DNA of 35,795 nucleotides from Thermoanaerobaculia bacterium. GTDB taxonomy: Bacteria > Acidobacteriota > Thermoanaerobaculia > Gp7-AA8. Position numbers and translations under genes: made by a program. The notes under the pieces were generated by a model, which was not told where the DNA came from, did no database searches, and saw only the letters and a program-made list of their open reading frames with translations. The DNA lies in the NCBI GenBank assembly GCA_036264035.1, contig DATART010000124.1, positions 1 through 35,795 on the forward strand, given 5' to 3'. Positions 1-7,103 of this stretch are shown piece after piece; position 1 is the first letter of the stretch, and every line of letters begins with the position of its first letter.

Positions 1-1104
1 GAGGCCGGCGGCCTGGTCAAGAACATCTTCCTGAACCGCATTTTCGGAACGACTAACGGCAAGACGCTGACGAAGTCGTACGCGGTCTTCGGCGACGGCA
101 GCTACGCCGTGAACAGCAAGTTGAATCTCAACGGCGGACTGCGCCTCACCAGCGAGAAGAAGAACGGCATCGCCTTCAACGCCGGCTACACGAACGACAC
201 TTTCTCCGTCGTCAACGCCATCACCGCGAATTACAACAAGTCGAAGACCTTCTCCTCAGTCGCGCCGAAGATCGGACTCGACTACAAGGTCAGCGACAAG
301 ATCATGGCCTACGGTTCGCTGAGCCGCGGCTTCAAGAGCGGCGGCTACAACGTGCGCGCGCAGTCGACGGTCTTTCCGAAGTCGGCGGATCCGTTCAAGG
401 ATGAGGTGCTCGACGTCGGCGAGATCGGACTGAAGTCGAGCCTCGCGGACGGCCAGCTGACCCTCAACTCGGCGGTCTTCGATGGCAAGTACAAAGACAT
501 CCAGGTGTCGACCTTCACCGCGTACGACTCGAACGGCGACGGCGTCGAGGACGCGTTTTTCGGCAACTTTCTCAATGCCGGCAATGCCACCATGAGGGGC
601 GCCGAGGTTGAGTTCGACGCGGCGCCGCACAGCGTGAGCTGGTTCGCCTTGAACGGATACGTCAGCTATCTCGACCTCAAGCCGGACGGCTTCCTCGACG
701 CGAACCACGACGGATTCGTCGACACGCAGGTGATCACGAACGCGCCGCACTGGACCACCGGCCTGCACCTCAACTTCGACTTCCCGCTGATGAAGGGACT
801 GCTGACGGCCAGCGTTGGCGGCGCGTATCGCGACAACTCGGTCCTGACGAATGAGGGCGGCGCCTATCCGGGACGTCCCGGTCAGCCGCTGAAGCCGATC
901 ACGCAGAAGGCCTACACGATTTACGACGCGTGGGTGAGCTGGCTGTCGCCCGACGCGAAGTGGCGCCTCGGCATCAACGGCAAGAACCTGACGAACAAGG
1001 GCTATCTGACCAACGGCTACAACATCCCGTCGCTCGGCATCCTGACCGGTTCGTACGGCGCGCCGCGCACGGTGCTGGCCACCATCGAGTACCGTTTCTT
1101 CTAA
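1..1104 (+). CDS. TonB-dependent outer-membrane receptor, C-terminal beta-barrel portion (5' end outside window)
   Basis: Frame 1 is open from nt 1, with no stop before the listed GTG at 109. Beta-barrel-like sequence ending ...TVLATIEYRFF with terminal Phe, typical of TonB-dependent receptors. TAA at 1102-1104. Confidence 0.8.
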   Translation, partial: EAGGLVKNIFLNRIFGTTNGKTLTKSYAVFGDGSYAVNSKLNLNGGLRLTSEKKNGIAFNAGYTNDTFSVVNAITANYNKSKTFSSVAPKIGLDYKVSDKIMAYGSLSRGFKSGGYNVRAQSTVFPKSADPFKDEVLDVGEIGLKSSLADGQLTLNSAVFDGKYKDIQVSTFTAYDSNGDGVEDAFFGNFLNAGNATMRGAEVEFDAAPHSVSWFALNGYVSYLDLKPDGFLDANHDGFVDTQVITNAPHWTTGLHLNFDFPLMKGLLTASVGGAYRDNSVLTNEGGAYPGRPGQPLKPITQKAYTIYDAWVSWLSPDAKWRLGINGKNLTNKGYLTNGYNIPSLGILTGSYGAPRTVLATIEYRFF

Positions 1105-1125
1105 ATCCTGCGTCACGAGGCCGGC

Positions 1126-2415
1126 ATGACCGAAACTCCTGAGGAGCTCCGCTTCATGCCGGCCGTCGGGGCGGACAATCCCGCCGAGCCGGTCCCCGCG
1201 TCGTCGTGGGGCCTGCTTGCGTTTCTCACGGCGCTCAACATCCTCAACTTCGTCGACAGGATGCTGATCGCGAGCCTCGCGCCGCTTCTGATCAAAGACC
1301 TCGGATTGACGCGGGCGCAGATCGGATTGCTGGCCGGATTCGGGTTCGTTTTCTTCTACACATTCGTCGGTCTCTTCCTCGGTGTGGCCGCGGACCGCTT
1401 CAAACGCTTTCCGCTGATCGGAATCGGCCTCGCACTCTGGAGCGCGATGACGGCACTGTCGGGATGGGCGCGCAGCTTCCTCCAGCTTGCGCTTCCGCGC
1501 ATCTTCGTCGGCGTCGGCGAAGCGACGCTGACACCCGCGGCACTCTCGATGCTCGGTGACGCATTTCCGCGCCGCCGGCTCGGACTGGCGATCGGCGTCT
1601 ATTACTCCGGCATTCCGCTCGGCCTGGCGGTAGCGCTGATCTCGTCGAGCTTCATTGCGCCGCGCTTCGGCTGGCGCGTGGCGTTCTTCGCCCTCGGCAT
1701 CATCGGGCTGCTGGCGACGGTGCTGCTGTTCGTTTTGCGCGAGCCGGCGCGCCGCAAGTCCACCGCCGTGCGCGGCGTCCCCGAGCCACGCCCCTCGGTT
1801 CGCGAGCTCCTGCGCGATCTGGGCCGCGCGCTCGTCGAGCGTCCGGCGCTGGTTTTCGCGCTGGCCGGAGGTTCGCTGCTCTGCTACGGCTCTGGCGCGG
1901 CGCTCCACGGCGTGACGTGGCTCGTCGAAGAGCGCGGATTCCGCTACGCCGACGCCGCCTTCCGCTCCGGCGTCGTCGCCGTCTTCGCTGGTTTCCTCGG
2001 CAACCTCGCCGGCGGCGCGTTCAGCGACTTCTGCGCGAAGCGTTTCCCGGCCGGCCGGTTGTGGAGCCTGGCGATCATGACGGCGTTCTTCACCATTCCG
2101 GCGTGGCTGTTCTACTCAGTCGTCCCCGGCGGGCCGCTCTTCTACGTCTGCTGGTTCTTCACCAGCGCCGGCACGACGGCATGGTTCGGACCGCTCTTCT
2201 CAACGTTCCAGGAGCTTTCCCCGGTGCGCGCGCGATCGACGATGGTCGCCTTCGCGCTTCTGGTTCTCAACCTCCTCGGCGTCGGTCCGGGTCCGCTGAT
2301 CACCGGCATGATCGGCGATCGGAGTGGATTGAGCTTCGGATTGCTCGTGAGTCTCGTGATCACGGCGATGGCGATCATCCCGTTCTTCCTCGCGGCTCGC
2401 AAAGAGACCGTTTGA
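1126..2415 (+). CDS. MFS transporter
   Basis: 429 aa, about 12 hydrophobic spans. MFS-type motifs: LNFVDRMLIASLAPLL near the N-terminus and GVAADRFKRFPLI (loop 2-3 D-R-x-x-R-like). Starts 21 nt after the receptor gene. Confidence 0.8.
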   Translation: MTETPEELRFMPAVGADNPAEPVPASSWGLLAFLTALNILNFVDRMLIASLAPLLIKDLGLTRAQIGLLAGFGFVFFYTFVGLFLGVAADRFKRFPLIGIGLALWSAMTALSGWARSFLQLALPRIFVGVGEATLTPAALSMLGDAFPRRRLGLAIGVYYSGIPLGLAVALISSSFIAPRFGWRVAFFALGIIGLLATVLLFVLREPARRKSTAVRGVPEPRPSVRELLRDLGRALVERPALVFALAGGSLLCYGSGAALHGVTWLVEERGFRYADAAFRSGVVAVFAGFLGNLAGGAFSDFCAKRFPAGRLWSLAIMTAFFTIPAWLFYSVVPGGPLFYVCWFFTSAGTTAWFGPLFSTFQELSPVRARSTMVAFALLVLNLLGVGPGPLITGMIGDRSGLSFGLLVSLVITAMAIIPFFLAARKETV

Positions 2416-2423
2416 ACCGCTTT

Positions 2424-3068
2424 TCAGTTCTGCTTCAACATCCCATGCCGCAATATCCGCGAGATCTCGCCGATCGCGTCCTCGGTGCCCATGCCGAAGT
2501 GGTCTTTGACGCCGAAGAGGATCTCGACGGAGAAGTAGTTCATGAAAATGCGCGTGGCCAGCATCACCGCGGAGATCGGTGAGAGTCCGTTGGCGAGTTT
2601 CGACTGGAGTTCCCCTTCCATTCCGTGCTTCTTGAAAAACGCATCGAAGCGGACCGCCATGTCCTCGTAAAACTTGCGGACGTGCGCGCCCTCGAACTCG
2701 ACGACGTCGACGTAGATGAGTGCCACGTATTCGCGGTATTCGCGGACCATGTCGCGCGCGGCCAGGCCGAGGCTTTCCAGGTTTTCGGGGAACGTGCCTT
2801 CGGAGAGGGCGCGGTTGAAGGGGAACTGCGGCTGCGACATCAAAAGAAAGTAGCGGTCGAGCAGCGAGCGGAAGATCGTCTCCTTGTCAGGGAAGTGGTG
2901 ATAGACATTGCCCTTCGAGACGCCGGCGTCGGCGGCGATGTCCTGCACGCTCGTGGCGCCGTAGCCGCGGTGGGAGAAGAGTTTCAGCGCGCTTTCGAGG
3001 ATCAGCTGGCGCGACTTTTCGGAGCGCTCCTCCTGCGTCGATGCTTTCAGGCGAGTTGCTTTCGTAAC
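2424..3068 (-). CDS. TetR/AcrR-family transcriptional regulator (5' boundary unresolved)
   Basis: N-terminal HTH signature ...SRQLILESALKLFSHRGYGATSVQDIAADAGVSKGNVYHHFPDKE. Stop at 2424-2426. No ATG/GTG/TTG lies between the in-frame ATG at 3230 and the HTH, so the start is uncertain (see findings). Confidence 0.75.
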   Translation of the reverse strand, partial: VTKATRLKASTQEERSEKSRQLILESALKLFSHRGYGATSVQDIAADAGVSKGNVYHHFPDKETIFRSLLDRYFLLMSQPQFPFNRALSEGTFPENLESLGLAARDMVREYREYVALIYVDVVEFEGAHVRKFYEDMAVRFDAFFKKHGMEGELQSKLANGLSPISAVMLATRIFMNYFSVEILFGVKDHFGMGTEDAIGEISRILRHGMLKQN

Positions 3069-4480
3069 TCCTCCTTCAGGACCTTGCCGTACGGCGTGCG
3101 CGGCAGCGCGCCGACAAAGATGAACCTGCGCGGGATTTTCAGCCGCGAAAGGCGCGCGCCAAGAAACGCGGTGAGATCGGAGTCGTCGACATCGTGCGCG
3201 ACGACGAACGCAGTTCCCACTTCTCCCCATTTTTCGTCGGCGACCGCGATGACGGCCGCGTCGGAGACATGCGGATGCTGCAGCAACTCCGCTTCGACTT
3301 CGGCCGGATAGACGTTGACGCCGCCGCTGATGAACATTTCCTTGCGGCGGCCAACGATGAAGAAGGATCCGCCGGCATCGCGGCGAGCGACGTCTCCGGT
3401 CCTGAACCAACCTTCAACGTACGCTTCCGCCGTTGCTTCGGGATTGTTCCAGTAGCCGCTGCTTACGTGCGGACCGCGGAGCCATATCTCGCCAATATCG
3501 GCATCGCGGCCGGCGTCATCGACGAGACGGACATCGGTAAACATCATCGGCCGGCCGATCGAGCCGGGCCTGGCGCGCGCATCCTCGATCGTCATCGTGA
3601 AGCAGTTCACTCCAACCTCGGTCAGACCGTAACCTTGTTTGAGAGTAACACCGCGTCGCTGGTACGCATCGATGAGAAACGCGGGCAGCGGCGCGCCGCC
3701 GCTGATGAACCAACGCACGCGGCTCAGATCGACGGTGGCGAATTGCGGAGCGTCGTGGAGCATCTTCCAGATCGTCGGCACGCCCATCACGACCGTGCAG
3801 CGTTCGCGTTCGATCGTCTCCCAAACCTCGGCCGCGTCGAAGCCCCGGTGAAGGACGATCGTGCCGCCGATGAGGAAGAGCGGGATCAGAAAGACCGCGA
3901 CGCCGCCGGCGTGATAAAGCGGCGTGAAGATCGGCGCGACGTCATCCTCGCGCAGCCCCCAATTCGTGATCGTGCTGTAGCCGTTCCAGAGGAGCTGCCG
4001 ATGCGGAATCATCACGCCCTTCGGTTTGCCGGTCGTGCCGCTGGTGTAGAGCAGGCAGGCGGTCGATTCGGGATCGTGAACGACCATGGGAAATGCGCGT
4101 GATGTTTGCGGGATATCGATTTTCCTCAGCGGTACACCGTCCACGTCCGGAGTGCTGCCGTCGCGAAGCAGAGTCTTCATCCCGCAGTCGGCGGCGATGA
4201 TCGATAACTCATGCGCGGTCGCGCGCGTGGAAAGCGGCACGACGATGACCCCGGCTTTGAGCGCGCCGAAGAAGACCGCGATGAAATCGATGCTGTTCTG
4301 TGCGAGGAGACCGGCTCGATCGCCGGGCCCGAGACCGGCGTCGAGAAGCATCGCGGCCGCACGATTCGCGCGCTCGTTGATCTCCGCGTACGTCAGGCGT
4401 TCTCCGGTTTCGACGGAGATCAGTGCAACGCGATCGGGCGTGATGCGCGCGCGCTCAGCTAGGAGGTCGCCTGCAAACAT
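3047..4480 (-). CDS. AMP-dependent acyl-CoA synthetase/ligase (ANL superfamily)
   Basis: Motifs LLYTSGTTGKPKGVMIPH, GYGLTE, FRTGDVARRD..FFIVGRRKEMFISGGVNVYPAEVE and C-terminal PRTPYGKV. Start taken at ATG 4480 (MFAGDLLAERARITPDRVALI...). The upstream part of ORF 3047..4741 is Arg-rich noise. Confidence 0.85.
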   Translation of the reverse strand: MFAGDLLAERARITPDRVALISVETGERLTYAEINERANRAAAMLLDAGLGPGDRAGLLAQNSIDFIAVFFGALKAGVIVVPLSTRATAHELSIIAADCGMKTLLRDGSTPDVDGVPLRKIDIPQTSRAFPMVVHDPESTACLLYTSGTTGKPKGVMIPHRQLLWNGYSTITNWGLREDDVAPIFTPLYHAGGVAVFLIPLFLIGGTIVLHRGFDAAEVWETIERERCTVVMGVPTIWKMLHDAPQFATVDLSRVRWFISGGAPLPAFLIDAYQRRGVTLKQGYGLTEVGVNCFTMTIEDARARPGSIGRPMMFTDVRLVDDAGRDADIGEIWLRGPHVSSGYWNNPEATAEAYVEGWFRTGDVARRDAGGSFFIVGRRKEMFISGGVNVYPAEVEAELLQHPHVSDAAVIAVADEKWGEVGTAFVVAHDVDDSDLTAFLGARLSRLKIPRRFIFVGALPRTPYGKVLKEELRKQLA

Positions 4481-5214
4481 GCGATGAATCGCTCCGGCTG
4501 CTGCGCGTGCGGAATGTGCGCGGCATCGTCGATGATGCAGAGCCGCGACCCGGCGATTCCGGCGTGCAGTTGCTCGATGTAGGCGCGGGTGACGACGCCA
4601 TCGTTCGCGCCCCAGATAACGGTCGTCGGGACGCGGAGGGTGCCGAGGCGGTCGTCGATGAAGTACGCCATCATCCCGCCCGCGATCAGACGAAGCATAG
4701 GCGAGTCGCTGCTGCGCGTGATGAGCGCGTCGATTGCCCAATCCGGAAACTGCGCGTTGACGCCGTGTACCGCCTGAAGAATCGGCACCGCTTCGTCGCG
4801 ATTCGACGCGACCAGCGAAACGCCTAACGGGATTGCCAGGCCGCCGCCGGACTCGAGGAAGAGCTCAGCGACTCGCGAGGGCTGCGCGAGCGCGTAGAGG
4901 ATGCTGATCCACGCGCCCATCGAGTTGCCGGCCAGGGTCGCGCGCCCACTCCCTTCGGCATCCAGCACGGCCGCGAGACGGTCGACGAGGTACTGCATGG
5001 TCAGCGCGCCGGTCTGCGGTTCGCTTTCTCCGTGGCCGGCGAGATCGGGAATGATGAGGCGGTACGACTTCATCAGCGATGGCGCGACCAGCGACCACGT
5101 ACCGGCGTGGTCGTTGACGCCGTGGATCAGAGCGAGGGTCCGTTCGCCCTCGCCGCCCGTCCAATAGACCGCCCCGTCGAGCGATTTTCGCGTCAGGCCG
5201 GCCAGCGTCAGCAT
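4459..5214 (-). CDS. alpha/beta-fold hydrolase (Ser nucleophile)
   Basis: HG oxyanion motif (LALIHGVNDHAG), nucleophile elbow GNSMGA, and later GANDGVV and AAHIPHAQQP. Start taken at ATG 5214. The 3' end overlaps the ligase start by 22 nt. Confidence 0.75.
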   Translation of the reverse strand: MLTLAGLTRKSLDGAVYWTGGEGERTLALIHGVNDHAGTWSLVAPSLMKSYRLIIPDLAGHGESEPQTGALTMQYLVDRLAAVLDAEGSGRATLAGNSMGAWISILYALAQPSRVAELFLESGGGLAIPLGVSLVASNRDEAVPILQAVHGVNAQFPDWAIDALITRSSDSPMLRLIAGGMMAYFIDDRLGTLRVPTTVIWGANDGVVTRAYIEQLHAGIAGSRLCIIDDAAHIPHAQQPERFIACLQATS

Positions 5215-5254
5215 CGATCGCGTTTGGGCGATGAAGTCGGCGTGCGAGGTGATT

Positions 5255-6280
5255 TCAGGCAAAGAGCCGTCCTTGATCGAGCGGCATGCGCAAGGCCACC
5301 GCGGCCTGGTTGTAGCCGACGCCGGATCCGACCAGCACGACGAGGTGACCGGCCTTGATCCTGCCGCCGCGAAGCGCATCATCGAGCGCCATTGGGATGC
5401 AGGCCGAACCGGTGTAGCCGGCGTGCTCCATGATCGTGTGGGTCTTCGTCATCGGCATGCCGAGGTCGTTCATCACGATCTCGATGGTCGGCTTGCGGAC
5501 TTGCGAGAAGATGATCATGTCGATATCGGTCAGCGCGAAGCCGCCGTTTTCTGCGAGACGGCGGACCAGTTTCGGCCAGCCGGCGTCGTTGATTTCGGGC
5601 GGATAGCGCTCGACCATCCGCACCGAGGTGCGGCCGGCCTGGACCGACTCCGCGGTGGCCGGTTCGACTGTGCCGCCCGACTCGATCAGCCAGTTGCGAT
5701 GGTAAGAGCCGTCGGCGGCAAAGGCCGAGGCGATGTATCCCGGCGCGTCGCTGCGATCGAGCACCACGGCGCCTGCGCCGTCGCCATAGAAAAAGACGAA
5801 CGGATCGTCGGCGCGGGCGAGCTTGCGCATCAGATAGACGGCCACCACGAGGACGGTTCTCAGCGACGGATTGCTGGTCATCAAGCCCGCCGCCGCCGAA
5901 AGCGCGGTTGGAAATGATGCGCAAGCACAGCCGACGTCGAACGTGCCGGCGTTGACCGCGCCGAGCTTCGACTGCAGCACGACCGAGGTTGCGGGCGTGA
6001 TGTAGTCGGGAGAGTCGGTGCCGAGAATGATCAGGTCGAGCTCTTCGGGCGATTTGCCCGCGCGGGAGAGCGCCTGTTGCGCCGCCTGCAGCGCGAGATC
6101 TGAGGCCGCCCATCCGTCCGGCGCCTGCCAGCGTTTGAGGATGCCGCTGGCTTTCTCCATCTTGTTCACGAACTCCGGCGCGATCTCCGCGAATCGTGCG
6201 CGCAAATCGTCGTTGGTGACTTCGATCTCGGGCAGGTAGCTCCCCGTACTGACGATGTTCGCGTACGCCGGCACGCTCAT
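5255..6280 (-). CDS. KASIII (FabH)-like thiolase-fold enzyme, non-canonical active site
   Basis: Collinear with FabH: N-terminal IVSTGSYLPE, FDVGCACASF (active-site Cys region), FGDGAG-like YGDGAGAVVL, C-terminal GRIKAGHLVVLVGSGVGY. The FabH HQAN and GNTSAAS motifs read SQVR and GYTGSAC here. The ATG overlaps the SDR stop (ATGA at 6277-6280). Confidence 0.8.
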   Translation of the reverse strand: MSVPAYANIVSTGSYLPEIEVTNDDLRARFAEIAPEFVNKMEKASGILKRWQAPDGWAASDLALQAAQQALSRAGKSPEELDLIILGTDSPDYITPATSVVLQSKLGAVNAGTFDVGCACASFPTALSAAAGLMTSNPSLRTVLVVAVYLMRKLARADDPFVFFYGDGAGAVVLDRSDAPGYIASAFAADGSYHRNWLIESGGTVEPATAESVQAGRTSVRMVERYPPEINDAGWPKLVRRLAENGGFALTDIDMIIFSQVRKPTIEIVMNDLGMPMTKTHTIMEHAGYTGSACIPMALDDALRGGRIKAGHLVVLVGSGVGYNQAAVALRMPLDQGRLFA

Positions 6281-7002
6281 GTCCCCAGCACCAGTCCCCC
6301 ATCAACCGACAGCACCGTGCCGCTGATGAATCGGGCCGCGTCCGAGGCGAGCCAGACGTAGGCGTTGGCGACGTCCGCCGGATCGCCGAGCCGGTCCAGC
6401 GGTGTTTTCGCCAGCATTACACCGAGCACTTTCTGCGGCATGGCCTGGACCATCTCCGTGGCGATGAATCCCGGCGCGACGGCGTTGACGCGAATTCCGA
6501 ATCGCCCGAGCTCGCGCGCCCACGTCTGCGTGAAGCTGATCACGCCGGCCTTCGTGGCCGCGTAGTTGGTCTGCCCGAAGTTGCCGTAGAGGCCGACGAT
6601 GGACGACGCGTTCAGGATGACGCCTGACGATTGCCGGATCAAGTGGGGCACAACGGCGCGCGTGCAGAGGAAAACGCCTTTGAGGTTGACGTTGACGACG
6701 GCGTCGAATGTCGCGTCGTCCATCGTCGAGAGGACTTCGCCGTCCTTCCACTTCACGAGCTGAGCGTCGCGAACGATTCCGGCGTTGTTGACCAGGACAT
6801 CGACCCGTCCATGCTCGGCGATGACCGCCGCCGTGGCCGCTTCGACCGACTCTTTGCTGGTGACATCGACCTTTGGTTCCGAGGTGACATCCCATACGAC
6901 GACCTTCGCTCCCTCGGCGCGAAATGCCTCGGCGGAAGCGAGTCCGATTCCAGCGCCGCCGCCGGTAATGACGACGACTTTGTCCTTTAGATTGAGGTTC
7001 AT
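6277..7002 (-). CDS. classical short-chain dehydrogenase/reductase (FabG-like)
   Basis: TGGGAGIGLASA (TGxxxGxG), NNAG, NASS...YAATKAG (Ser / YxxxK). 241 aa. Confidence 0.85.
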   Translation of the reverse strand: MNLNLKDKVVVITGGGAGIGLASAEAFRAEGAKVVVWDVTSEPKVDVTSKESVEAATAAVIAEHGRVDVLVNNAGIVRDAQLVKWKDGEVLSTMDDATFDAVVNVNLKGVFLCTRAVVPHLIRQSSGVILNASSIVGLYGNFGQTNYAATKAGVISFTQTWARELGRFGIRVNAVAPGFIATEMVQAMPQKVLGVMLAKTPLDRLGDPADVANAYVWLASDAARFISGTVLSVDGGLVLGT

Positions 7003-7035
7003 CGTTGAATGGTACGTTCGATGAGAGCAGCGTCT

Positions 7036-7059
7036 GTCGGCAACTTGCCGACTGGTCGG
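7036..7059. promoter_or_regulatory. Perfect palindrome GTCGGCAA-c-TTGCCGAC (7036-7052) overlapping CCGAC-tg-GTCGG (7048-7059); candidate operator
   Basis: Read directly. Lies 34-57 nt upstream of the SDR start codon (7002, minus strand), in the divergent region between the operon and the protease gene. The operon ends with a TetR gene. Confidence 0.4.
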
Positions 7060-7103
7060 TTTGTTTTGCGGTCAATGTAAAGCGGAGTGCGCTGGTTGTC
7101 AAC

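Noticed and set aside
256-1908. 550-aa minus-strand ORF antisense to the TonB receptor and MFS genes. The same applies to 6302..7381 (-), 9644..10918 (-), 15238..16302 (-), 27962..29125 (-), 32075..33481 (-), 21325..21924 (-) and 30038..31174 (+, upstream of 30986).
   Set aside because: All are Arg/Ala/Gly-rich with no recognisable motifs. All lie antisense or out of frame to ORFs with strong family signatures. Long open frames are expected by chance at this G+C content.
3047-7002. Calling the operon canonical oleABCD (olefin synthesis)
   Set aside because: Only the enzyme-class set matches. The gene order differs. The SDR is a short FabG-type enzyme. The hydrolase has a Ser elbow. The KASIII-like protein lacks the His/Asn pair needed for OleA/FabH chemistry. 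I therefore report it only as an Ole-like enzyme set of unknown product.
7005-7103. TTG 7005 as the protease start (652-aa version)
   Set aside because: It lies 3 nt from the divergent SDR start codon and would place the 17-bp palindrome inside coding sequence. The encoded N-terminus is not signal-like, whereas GTG 7104 or TTG 7152 precede a good signal peptide.
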